Made by a program: the position numbers and the translations under genes. From positions 6,643 to 70,642 of the forward strand of contig MQRK01218062.1 in the NCBI GenBank assembly GCA_001938485.1: a stretch of 64,000 bases of DNA, given 5' to 3'. This DNA comes from Girardia tigrina. Lineage: Eukaryota. A model generated the notes under the pieces. That model ran no database searches and was not told the origin of the DNA. It saw only the letters and a list, made by a program, of their open reading frames with translations. This document shows, one piece after another, positions 12,963-24,649 of the stretch; the stretch's first letter is position 1; each line of letters opens with the position of its first letter.

Positions 12963-14302
12963 TTAGGGTGAGTCATAAGTTGTGGGTCACTTTTTATTAA
13001 AAATTAAAATGTTCATAAAACAACGCACAATAAAGATTATGATTCGAAATAAAGTCCATTATGTTCAATACATTGTACCCAACGTTCTGCAAGTTGTTCT
13101 ATTCCGCGTCGATACCATGTTTTGTCTTTAGAAGCAAAAAATTCTCGACACCCATTATCGACGTCGTCGATATCGGAAAAGCTCCTTCCCTTCAAAAAAT
13201 GCGACATAACTCGGAAAAGATGAAAATTCGAAGGCGCTAAATCAGGACTGTAGGCAGGATGTGGAAGAAGTTCGATAGCTTCGAGTTCCTCTATTTTACG
13301 ACGTGTCAAAGCAGCGGTGTAGGGAGATACGTTGTCTTGTTGCAATATCCTCTGCTTTCGGTTTATCAATGCCGGATATTTTTTACCTAAAGCGGTATAC
13401 ATTCGATCTAGTTGATCAGTGTATAGTTCAGCGTTAATAGCTCTATTGTTTGCAACGAGTTCAAAGTGTANNNNNNNNNNNNNNNNNNNNNNNNNNNNNN
13501 NNNNNNNNNNNNNNNNNNNNNNNNNNNNNNNNNNNNNNNNNNNNNNNNNNNNNNNNNNNNNNNNNNNNNNNNNNNNNNNNNNNNNNNNNNNNNNNNNNNN
13601 NNNNNNNNNNNNNNNNNNNNNNNNNNNNNNNNNNNNNNNNNNNNNNNNNNNNNNNNNNNNNNNNNNNNNNNNNNNNNNNNNNNNNNNNNNNNNNNNNNNN
13701 NNNNNNNNNNNNNNNNNNNNNNNNNNNNNNNNNNNNNNNNNNNNNNNNNNNNNNNNNNNNNNNNNNNNNNNNNNNNNNNNNNNNNNNNNNNNNNNNNNNN
13801 NNNNNNNNNNNNNNNNNNNNNNNNNNNNNNNNNNNNNNNNNNNNNNNNNNNNNNNNNNNNNNNNNNNNNNNNNNNNNNNNNNNNNNNNNNNNNNNNNNNN
13901 NNNNNNNNNNNNNNNNNNNNNNNNNNNNNNNNNNNNNNNNNNNNNNNNNNNNNNNNNNNNNNNNNNNNNNNNNNNNNNNNNNNNNNNNNNNNNNNNNNNN
14001 NNNNNNNNNNNNNNNNNNNNNNNNNNNNNNNNNNNNNNNNNNNNNNNNNNNNNNNNNNNNNNNNNNNNNNNNNNNNNNNNNNNNNNNNNNNNNNNNNNNN
14101 NNNNNAATTTTTCCATAATTTTCTAAAATGTTTAAAAAATTAGAATGAACATAAAATCATGATTTTCTTAGAAATACTGAAACTTCAGTTTATGAGCTTT
14201 ATTACGATATACAAATTCAATTAAGATCGATTCGACAATTCATGTTGTAATTAAAGATAATTACTTTGGAAAGAGTGCCCCACAACTTATGACTCACCCT
14301 AA
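12963..14302 (-). mobile_element. mariner transposon (~1.3 kb, mostly in a gap)
   Basis: TIRs TTAGGGTGAGTCATAAGTTGTGGG / CCCACAACTTATGACTCACCCTAA, TA TSD; ORF 13037-14116 with QDN...HPAYSPDLAPSNFHLF (third catalytic D reads N). Confidence 0.95.
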
Positions 14303-14409
14303 TAATATAAATATATAATTATATAAAATGTTTATTTTATATAATTATATAAAAATAAAATTTTTTTTTACTTTTTCGATTTGAATGAAAATTTTAATTG
14401 ATTCCGAAA

Positions 14410-14630
14410 CTCCAATGTTTAGATGTTTTATAATAAACCTCTACTTTATAAATGTTATTTAGATGATTTTTTTGAGAAATATGAACCTGTAGTTCCATAT
14501 TTAAATTACATGAGCTCTCTACAATAGATGTGGTGTTTACTATTGAAGAAGCACATATGATCAGTTGTCTCATTTAGATTTTGTAGAATATACAGAAAAG
14601 AGCTTAGACTTACAAACAACTATCACTGAA
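14410..14630 (+). mobile_element. PLE reverse transcriptase remnant
   Basis: KPLLYKCYLDDFF ... VFTIEE ... LSHLDF correspond to the PLE RT YxDD, FTxE and LxFLD motifs; frameshifted. Confidence 0.5.
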
Positions 14631-16577
14631 GTACATTTGATCTCTGCTTGATGTGGTGCAATGAATTCCCATTAATTTGTATCTTCCTGTTCGTTTCTCG
14701 AACAGTGTGTAGCAAAGTAACTTGGTACGTTGAATGTGAAACATTGTACTTGATTATTCAGCCAAAGAGAACTTTTCGGAGGTTCCCATTCACCAAAACA
14801 CTACCTTCATTGAATCTTTACAGCCCTTTATATATACTAATACATTCACGTTTTTTAAGAACATTTGTTTTCATATTTGCAAAGAAGTTTAGTTCTCTAC
14901 CTTTGTAAAATTCTTATGACTTAATGCTTTTGTTGATCATTTGATAGACTGAAGTAATCTGCAAAAACCGAGTCGGCGGAAAAGTCAAACGCAACACAGA
15001 CGATGGCATGTTGCCAATGACTCGATGTTTAACGAGGTGGTCACTACCTTAAACTACCGATGAAGTTGGATACGGGAACACCCACCAAACAATTTGGTTT
15101 TTGGTTGTTTGATCGACATTTGCATTGATCTCCGAAGTTTCAAGGAACCTGTTGACTTTTTTAATTATAAGACGAGTGACATTCCAAACAGTACACAATA
15201 TATACCACAAAATTTCAAAATTCCACTAAAATTGAGTTTTTTTAAACAATTCACTTCTTGCTAATATAAATTTTATTTTAAGATTTCTTTAAGTTTTAGT
15301 TATTGTCTGCGGCCAAATACTTTTTAAGACCTCTAATGGTCAAACGCAACAAATTAGGCAACCAACTGAATAATTTTGAATAACATTTTCAAGAAGGTTA
15401 TTGAAAAATGTTTCTGTAGACATCAATATTGAACCCAAGAATCTCCTATGCTATCTCTTACTAACATTCAACATTAGAAGTCATATAAATTAAGGTTTAA
15501 GGTATTTTGCGAATAATTACTCTGTCCCTTATCATCAATAAAATAAAATTTACGGCAAATCCTTTGAAGTATTTATAAGATTTATTATCTCTTAACTTTT
15601 ACCGATTTTTGATTGAAGTTAAAATAGGAGTTAAGATAACCGATTGATATAAAATTTATATTATTTATTCACCCAACAATTACTTACTCCCACAAAGATA
15701 TGAAGGGCTGCCATACCATCAATCTACTTTGATAAAAATTGAAGTTTAGATTAAAATAATGATTTATTTAAATAGGAAACCTTTTTAATTTATCTTATTA
15801 TTTCGAATTTTGTTATATTACTGTGTCCTTGTGATAAATACATAAATAAAAAACATCAGTGGGGTAATATCGAAAATCAAGTGAAGCTATTGAAGCTACT
15901 ATCAACATTGGATCATTTTCAACTTGTACAAAACTAACTATTCTAAGCATTTCAACCTAAAATATCTTCGAAGCTTCTGAAGAATCTGAGATTGACTATC
16001 CTTTTTAAACCAAAACTGAAAACCACAATAATCTAACCTAGAAGTACATAAGTCCATTTGGTCTATAGAAGCAGGGATTGAACATTAAAAAAATGAATTA
16101 GAGTAAAAAGAGTAACATGGTTTTACAGAGTAGAATGGATGTTCAACGAATACCAAATTAGATTTATAGATATATTGGTGACCTATCTTGAGAGTCACTT
16201 ACCTGGCCTTTCAGTGCTATACTATGCGTAATTTTTGTCATCATTAGGGCGGGCAAAAGTCAATAAAGTCCAAATGGTATCGTGTAGCAGAAATAATGAG
16301 AGAAGCCCAAAAACACTCATAAATATTTACAGTGATATACCAGTCAAAGTTATTATGTCTGTTGGGGTTCCTTTTGGTGAACTTAAAATTTTGATATTTT
16401 TAAAAATCATATTTATATTTTAAATAAATTAAAAATAATGTTCGATTAATTAAAATGAAATAATTTTTTAAAATAAAAATCTTTTTAAATTCTTTAAAAA
16501 AAGAACAGGCTCATTCTTTAAATTTTTAGAAATAATTAATTGTTATAAATAACCTCTAAAATAAAGTTTACAAAATT

Positions 16578-18090
16578 ATGACTTCCAATTTGAATCATGA
16601 ACCTAATATGTCGACCATAACCAGGAACTCGGATCAGTTGATTGCTAGACTTCTACCGAAAAAATACCGGAAAGAAGACAATATTGAAACATTTATAGCA
16701 GCATGCTCAAGGTATTTTAAGGTGGCTAAAACACCAGAAAGCATACAAGAGATTTTGATAATTAGATTGCTTTCTCATGAACTTGTACCTGTCTACGAGA
16801 ATGTATCGGCGAGACAAAAAGATATGAAGCTCGGTTACGAGAAGCTTTTCAAAAGAAAAGCTATCTGATGGAGGATCTGATGGAGGCTGTAAATTTCGAA
16901 AGAACGAATGAATCAGCGGAAGAATACTTTGCAAAAGCAAAGAAACTTGTAGCAAAATTAGCAAAACATAATTGGTCGGAAGAAGAAATTGAAAAGAATC
17001 TTCTAATTCATGGGTCGCAGTACAGCGATGTCAACAAAGAGATCAAGTTTAGAGAGATAAAAGAAATAAAAGAAACAGGGCATAGACAGAGCGAATGTAA
17101 AAGAGAAAGGAAAATCACATGTCATGCATGTGGCGAGGAAGGTCATGTCCGACGGGAATGCAGGAAGGTAAGGTGTGGAAGATGTAATAATCCAGGACAT
17201 AGATCTGAGGAATGTTACACGAATTTGAATAAACGATATCAAGGAAGAACTGATTATCAAAGGAGAACCCAAGGAGATAGCCGAAAATTCTCAGATGCAC
17301 AAACGAAAACCTCAGGAAACAGGAACTCAGACGACTACAGAAGAGGGTTCGAAAGAGGAAGACAGATCACGATGATGGAGAAGGAAGAATACGGAGGAGA
17401 GCGAGAACATATAGAAAAAAACGAATCGTGCCGAGACGACGAGGAACCGATCTTGGAGTAAGTTTTCATGCGCATGAACCAGATCATATAAATTATATAT
17501 ATAGTAGTAGTAAAATAAATTATATAAATAAAATAAATAATAAAGTTGATATCAATAATATAAATGCTAAAATTAAGAAAAATAATCAAAAAGAACAAAG
17601 TGAACCAAAACCCCATCAGGAACCAGAAGTAAATCAGAAAGTCGTGAAATTTATAAAAAAATCATTTGGTGATAGAGAATTGCTAATAATTAGTAATTGT
17701 GAAAATGTTTCAATTACATATGATAAATTACAGGGCCGACCGAGTGTAAAAGTGAGAATTGAAAACATAGAAATCGAATTTTTACTGGATACGGGTGCAG
17801 CGTTGAACGTTACGACGGAAGGAATATTAAAAAACTTAAATAACATAAGGATGGAACAGACAAATCAGAGATTGACCGCAGCAAATGGACTAATAAAGCT
17901 AAAAAAATATATTTGTAATAGTGAAAAATTTGAGACCAGAGATGATCGGAGGAATACCATACTGTAGATAATTTCTTGGGTAAAAGTTTGGAGAGTAGAG
18001 ACAAAACGGACATAACGAAGATGGTGAGGAACTATCTGACACCCCTCATATACGTTTTGATGCAGGAAGCGCCACGAATAAGTGCAGCAG
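16578..18090 (+). mobile_element. Ty3/gypsy LTR retrotransposon fragment (gag + aspartic protease)
   Basis: Zinc knuckles CHACGEEGHVRREC and CGRCNNPGHRSEEC; protease FLLDTGAALN; frameshifts, no RT; possible PBS TGGTGACC at 16176. Confidence 0.9.
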
Positions 18091-19001
18091 TGAAAAGGAG
18101 TTTTTTCATGCTGAAAAATATTTTGTAACATAACAGCAATTTTGATGTGGAAAATGTGTAATACTAAGCAGTACAAAATTTTAACTCCATCACTTGAACA
18201 TTTTATACTCCATATGTTTTTATTACAGTTTATACTATAATCTTTCTTTTAATTCTACATTTCAAAGGTCATAAATCTATGAAAAGTCAACATTTTAATT
18301 TTTAGGCCAACAAATGGCCTCCATAGTTATCATTAAAAAGTATAAATTTTTGAGTTTGAGAATGCCATTTATTATACTCAAATAACCATAACATTTAGAT
18401 CTATATTTTATAATATTTTAAATCAAATAATTTTCAAAATTTGACTGAAAATCCGATGAAACTATTTTGTACCAGTAATAATAATCAGTATTTATTGTGA
18501 ATGTTCGCAGTTTCACACCTCCAAAGGGTCTCCAGATCGCCGTGTGTGATCTGAATCAACTATTCGATTATGTAAATTTGAGAAAAATCATTCGATTTTA
18601 AGATTTAATTATACACAGATTTACGATCGGTTTCTCATATTCTTTCAGACAATTTTTATCCAATTTCAATATTTTTGATTTTTATGGTAAGTGTAAAATT
18701 GTTTATTTAATAAATAATAGGAAAATATATTCGATTTAATTAACATTAATTATTTTTTTGAAATTTTTAGAGTTAGATAAAATAATTCTTAAATTACGGT
18801 TCAGGAAAGATTAAGGAAATCAATACTTTGAATGTCATGAGAATCATACCCTGATGCTCAAAGCTAAATTTTTTTTACTATTAGAGTAGTCAACGTGTTA
18901 ACAAAAATATTTGATATATTTGTACACAAGGGTGAATCCAGGAGGTAAAGGGGGTAATTACCCGCCTGGAATTTGAAATCTAAACATAGAACCATGTAGC
19001 G

Positions 19002-19304
19002 CAGAGGTGTCAAAGTGGCGGCCCGCGTCAGAAGTCTCACAAATCTAAATAGAACCACAAACAGTGTAATTTTACATAACAGTGACTAAATTTTCACTAA
19101 AAGCATAAACAGCTAGTGTTATCATAATACTGTAGCATGGTTTCTTTTAGAATAAATGTTTTTTTTTGAATAAATTTTTTCTTTTATACTTAGTTAAACA
19201 GTTTTTTCTGTGTTTGATAATGTACTTGACATTCCCATTGTGGCCCGCTGTTGCATTCCTGTTGTATCAAGTGGCCCGCACAGCAAAAAGGTTTGACAGC
19301 ACTG
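19002..19304. mobile_element. hAT (Charlie-type) MITE
   Basis: TIRs CAGAGGTGTCAAA / TTTGACAGCACTG; repeated GGCCCGC subterminal motifs; 8-bp TSD atgtagcg/ctgtagcg. Confidence 0.9.
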
Positions 19305-19449
19305 CTGTAGCGGGATTGAGGGTTTCATTGTTTACTAGAATTAAATAATCTAATGAGCTATGAGGCCATAATTTACGGTAATTTTTTGTTTTGAGACATT
19401 ATAAAAAATACATCAAGATTTCATACCAGAAATAATATATAATATAAAA

Positions 19450-19503
<54 letters not shown>

Positions 19504-20360
19504 NNNNNNNNNNNNNNNNNNNNNNNNNNNNNNNNNNNNNNNNNNNNNNNNNNNNNNNNNNNNNNNNNNNNNNNNNNNNNNNNNNNNNNNNNNNNNNNNN
19601 NNNNNNNNNNNNNNNNNNNNNNNNNNNNNNNNNNNNNNNNNNNNNNNNNNNNNNNNNNNNNNNNNNNNNNNNNNNNNNNNNNNNNNNNNNNNNNNNNNNN
19701 NNNNNNNNNNNNNNNNNNNNNNNNNNNNNNNNNNNNNNNNNNNNNNNNNNNNNNNNNNNNNNNNNNNNNNNNNNNNNNNNNNNNNNNNNNNNNNNNNNNN
19801 NNNNNNNNNNNNNNNNNNNNNNNNNNNNNNNNNNNNNNNNNNNNNNNNNNNNNNNNNNNNNNNNNNNNNNNNNNNNNNNNNNNNNNNNNNNNNNNNNNNN
19901 NNNNNNNNNNNNNNNNNNNNNNNNNNNNNNNNNNNNNNNNNNNNNNNNNNNNNNNNNNNNNNNNNNNNNNNNNNNNNNNNNNNNNNNNNNNNNNNNNNNN
20001 NNNNNNNNNNNNNNNNNNNNNNNNNNNNNNNNNNNNNNNNNNNNNNNNNNNNNNNNNNNNNNNNNNNNNNNNNNNNNNNNNNNNNNNNNNNNNNNNNNNN
20101 NNNNNNNNNNNNNNNNNNNNNNNNNNNNNNNNNNNNNNNNNNNNNNNNNNNNNNNNNNNNNNNNNNNNNNNNNNNNNNNNNNNNNNNNNNNNNNNNNNNN
20201 NNNNNNNNNNNNNNNNNNNNNNNNNNNNNNNNNNNNNNNNNNNNNNNNNNNNNNNNNNNNNNNNNNNNNNNNNNNNNNNNNNNNNNNNNNNNNNNNNNNN
20301 NNNNNNNNNNNNNNNNNNNNNNNNNNNNNNNNNNNNNNNNNNNNNNNNNNNNNNNNNNNN

Positions 20361-20555
20361 CTGTGAACAAGCCCTTTGATCATACCCTCTCTGTATTTTT
20401 CCTCACAAAAACTCTGTGGTGTTGTGTAAAGACCTGTATCTGTTGCCTTTCTGAATAATTCAGTTTTATAGCCCCCATTGCTGATGATGATTTTTTAAAA
20501 ATCGAAACATGTCCAATAGTTGTATTAAAAAAGCTTTAATCAAATTATATTTTCG

Positions 20556-20558
<3 letters not shown>
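20361..20558 (+). mobile_element. PLE 3' pLTR ending in (TA)n
   Basis: Hammerhead plus a tail duplicated at 23959-24018; bounded by (TA)n at 19456-19503 (across a gap) and 20559-20592. Confidence 0.75.
20477..20517 (+). ncRNA. Minimal type I hammerhead ribozyme
   Basis: attg-CTGATGA-t-gatttt-tta-aaaatc-GAAA-catg-T-C-caat: intact core, GUC cleavage triplet, palindromic ACATGT helix III. Confidence 0.9.
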
Positions 20559-20599
<41 letters not shown>

Positions 20600-22395
20600 A
20601 TAAATTATAACTAATAAAGTTTATTTAAAAGTATTAAAACCGAAATTTTTGATGTTAGAAACGACCGACGACTCCGTAATTTTAGATTCGAATTACTTAT
20701 AAAATAAAATTTATGAATTTTTATCAGCACTAAATCTGAAATATTATTGCGTTATATACATTACTCATTTTATTGTAATTTTATTAATAAAAGTCTTATT
20801 TCAAAGTTCTTTTGTCTATTTTGAATTCAGTATTTCTAAAAACGTAAAGAATGAATAAAATCTCCCATCGAAATTAGTCCAAATCATTAAAAATATAAAA
20901 TGGTTTTGTTGAAACGTTTTGAAAATATTAATAGAAACTTGTTCTTAACTTTAAGAAGTGAAATGTGTTTCATTTATAGTTAAAAGTTAAATTATATAGA
21001 CATAAAAGACTGTCAAAATTAAATTATCTTCACGGTAAACACAAAAGTGAACAAGAACCTAACAGTTCGTTTGTATAATTAAATACTGTGACCACATATA
21101 AAATCTATGGTCTTATTGTACTAATGACTGTTCAGAAATCAACAAAAGATACCTTTTACCAGACCGACTGATGCTGGTTTTAAAGTTTAGTATTTATTCT
21201 TCTAAAACTTGTTGATTTTAAATAAAAATTTATTCTTTTCATTTACATTTTCTTTAGGCATATTTCTTATTTATGAAGCACTTCCTAATACAATCATCAT
21301 TTGAAAAAATCGAAGTATAAATCATTAGTACAAACTCATGGTCCGACAAAATTGGTATAACTTAATAATACAAAATTATTAGATCAGATAAATTGATAAA
21401 AGGTGTTTTCAAATCAAAATAATATCAGACGTCTACAACAAACCGTATATTTAAAATAAAAAGCTTATTTCCATGGAATTCCTAATATACTCTCTACCAG
21501 GACATAGTACATTCTTTACTTCGCTGATAAGCTGAGATTTAAGTAATTCCAAAATTGTAAAATTTATTATATTATAAAGAAATTTATTGATTACAATTAG
21601 TTTAGAAAAAAGTATTTTATTGATTGAAATTATGAAAATTTTGGAAATCCGTAAAGATTGAGAAAATTTTTATGAATTACCATTAAGAAATCGTTTTTAC
21701 TTGTTTTTATTTCTTAAATCTTAATTCTATGTAAAACGATACAAGTATAAATAACACTCTTTTTAAAATAAAAAAAAAACATTTCATTACAAAGCACTTA
21801 CATAATAATACAATTTCTTAGTTAATATATATTTCGTATAAGGTTTGGTGCAGTCTCAAGGTTGCTCTAGAGACTGACCGGTGGTAGTAGAGTCATAATA
21901 CGGATCGTGTTGGACCCACTTTTCATTGTTCATTAGGTTATTGATATTAATTTGGCTCATTTTTTGAATAAATGTATTGAATTCGGTTTTCGAGAAATTA
22001 TAAAGAACAATAAAAGAATATATTCCAAATTTCAATAATAATTCGTTCGAAGTGATTAAAATCAAATAATTCGTTGAACCATTCCAAAATTCCCTTCAAA
22101 ACAAACATACTAAAAAATCGTCTCAATAACTGACTCGTTTCGAATAAATTCATTAGTATTTCAATCGAGCAAAACCAACCTCTCAAAACAATTGCAAAAG
22201 TTCAGTCTAGTAAATAATAAAATTTTTAAAACATTTCAATTGAGCGAAAATCATTTTTACGAAATTTCAAAAGTTTGTTTCAGTCACAACAATTTGTGGC
22301 GACAAAAATATTCAATTCAAAATTACAAAGTAAAAAAGGGATTTTTAAAGTCACAATATGAACATCACTCGCTCTGATTGTTCAACCAATCAGAG

Positions 22396-22990
22396 TGTGA
22401 GAAATATTTGGAATGTTGATGTTTTGTGTGTTGTTTGAATGTTTAAATGTTGTGTGTTGATTTGGGATTGTGTCTCTCCAATTCAGGTGGATGATTAATA
22501 TTTTAATTCTTATAATCTGAAACTAATTGATACAAATTTAGATTTAATATTCACATTTTTAATTTAGTATGATTGGAAATTTTATGATTTTATTTTTGTA
22601 AAATTTTAAATAATTAAATCAGATTAATATTTTTAAATAATAATAAACAGTAATTTTATTTTAACCAAATGATATTTAAAGTAAATATTTTAAATAAAAT
22701 ATAAAGTTTCAAGTTAGTTCAGATTTGTGATGAAAAGTATTAAACCTTGAGTGATGAATCTAAGTGATAGCAAAATTATGGATTGTCATAGAGATGATTC
22801 AAATTGTGAATGTAGTAAATCTTATACCAAATGTGTGAGTTCTCTTAACAAAGAGCAAGCCAATCGACATGAGTATTGGTAAATTCTGTTCATACTGGGC
22901 ACTCACATATAAGCTCAATTGGTCAATCCACAAATCAAGACATATAAGTCTTTGTCTAGATTTGAATCCAAATTTAAAATAATTCAAATT
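22396..22990 (+). mobile_element. End of a TGT...ACA TIR element with Cys-rich ORF
   Basis: TGTGAG-start TIR homologous to 31160; inward ORF MNLSDSKIMDCHRDDSNCECSKSYTKCVSSLNKEQANRHEYW* from 22754. Confidence 0.6.
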
Positions 22991-23467
22991 ATGTATTTGA
23001 ATTGAATTCTTTAATTATTTTTTTTAATCCTTTTTTTTAATTATTTTAATTTTCAAATATTTTTATGCATACATATCTTTTATATAACCATCAAACAAAG
23101 CAGAATGAATCAGCGATGTTGTCATTTAAACAAAACAATTAAAGAACGATCTGAAACCGTGTTGAATAGGATAGGAGATATTTGGAATATAAATAGAAAT
23201 AATGATGATTATAAATACAAGTTCTGGAACATATACTTTAGAAATAATGTTTCGAAATTTTAGTTATCACAATTTTTGTTGTACATAAATGGCATACGTC
23301 GATTTATATTTTCGTACTTTTTTGTTTATATCAATTAAAAAATATTTTATTCTCGATAGAAAACGTAACTTCGATTGAATTAAGGTAAACAAGAAAACTC
23401 TTTTTTTGCCTTAAACAGAAGCACCACAAAAATATAATATCAAAAAGATAAATGTTTATTAAACAAA

Positions 23468-23498
<31 letters not shown>

Positions 23499-23548
23499 NN
23501 NNNNNNNNNNNNNNNNNNNNNNNNNNNNNNNNNNNNNNNNNNNNNNNN

Positions 23549-23596
<48 letters not shown>

Positions 23597-23601
<5 letters not shown>

Positions 23602-23957
23602 TAACACTTTTTTATTTTAAATTTTTATTTAAAAACATGTTTGGTCACTTTTATGGTATCTTCAGTTCTATATTTAAGTAAAAAGTTATTGTTTATATAG
23701 TTAGATGACCATTAAATCCCAGTGCTACGCAAAAATACTCTAATATGATTGCATGAATTACTTTGCACATTTAAATTATGTTTATAAAACATTATTAATA
23801 TTGCTTCAGTAATTGTCCTTTCATAATTATGATCAAATTTATTAATCAAAACCCGAAAATCATTATCATATACCATTCTATGAATTTTATTTCGAGTTTT
23901 TTCTACTTGATTGGGTATGTTCTGCATTTCTAGTACGGTGGTGTTGTCAAATGCCAC
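23597..23957 (-). mobile_element. PLE 3' end: GIY-YIG C-terminus plus degenerate hammerhead (23631-23669), abutting (TA)n
   Basis: ORF 23712-23957 DFRVL...ERTITEAILI...NLNVQ; then CTGAAGA...aaa-catg-TT on the minus strand. Confidence 0.8.
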
Positions 23958-23958
23958 T

Positions 23959-24040
23959 ATCGAAACATGTCCAATAGTTGTATTAAAAAAGCTTTAATCA
24001 AATTATATTTTCGAAATACTAAACTTGCGTTCACAAGACT

Positions 24041-24045
<5 letters not shown>
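23959..24045 (+). mobile_element. 5'-truncated pLTR tail of the 20361-20558 PLE family
   Basis: 60-nt identity to 20501-20560, beginning inside the hammerhead (atcGAAAcatgtc) and ending in (TA)n. Confidence 0.8.
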
Positions 24046-24080
<35 letters not shown>

Positions 24081-24084
<4 letters not shown>

Positions 24085-24512
24085 CTAGAACTGATAATGG
24101 CATTTTTATTAATAACGAAAAGAAAGGACATTTTTGAATATTAAATTTATTCCCAATACATATGCGTTTCACCATTTCGGCATCTTCAGTGCAATGAAAT
24201 AAAGTGATTAATTGCTATTTATATAGTTGAAAACTATTACATCATACGTCTCAAAAACATGCTTTTTTTTCTTCTTAAAAAAAGAAAAGTATTTTAATGA
24301 TATTTTAAAAAACTTTAGTATGATTAGATGAATCACCTTGCACGTTTAAGCATTAGAGTTAGAAACAAATATTCTAATGCTTAAACGTGCAAAGTGATTC
24401 ATCTAATCATATTAAAGTTTTTTAAAATATCATTAAAAATACTTTTCTTTTTTTTAAAGAAGAAAAAAAGCATGTTTTTGAGACGTATGATGTAATAGTT
24501 TTTCAACTATAT
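24081..24512. mobile_element. Fold-back (inverted pLTR) mini-PLE with hammerhead at 24150-24195 (-)
   Basis: Arms 24221-24357 and 24373-24512 are reverse complements; each encodes the PLE ORF end LNVQ.DSSNH.KVF*; CTGAAGA-t-gcc-gaaat-ggt-GAAAC...GTA on the minus strand; flanked by (TA)n. Confidence 0.8.
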
Positions 24513-24601
24513 NNNNNNNNNNNNNNNNNNNNNNNNNNNNNNNNNNNNNNNNNNNNNNNNNNNNNNNNNNNNNNNNNNNNNNNNNNNNNNNNNNNNNNNN
24601 N

Positions 24602-24649
<48 letters not shown>

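Noticed and set aside
13419-20383. Long ORFs made of X residues (also 52746-53582)
   Set aside because: Artefacts of N gaps; only the minus-strand mariner frames are real
18620-21355. Possible first exons of the semaphorin (ATG|gtaagt at 18686; acceptor at 21258)
   Set aside because: Could not build a phase-compatible signal-peptide exon joining 41518; needs transcripts
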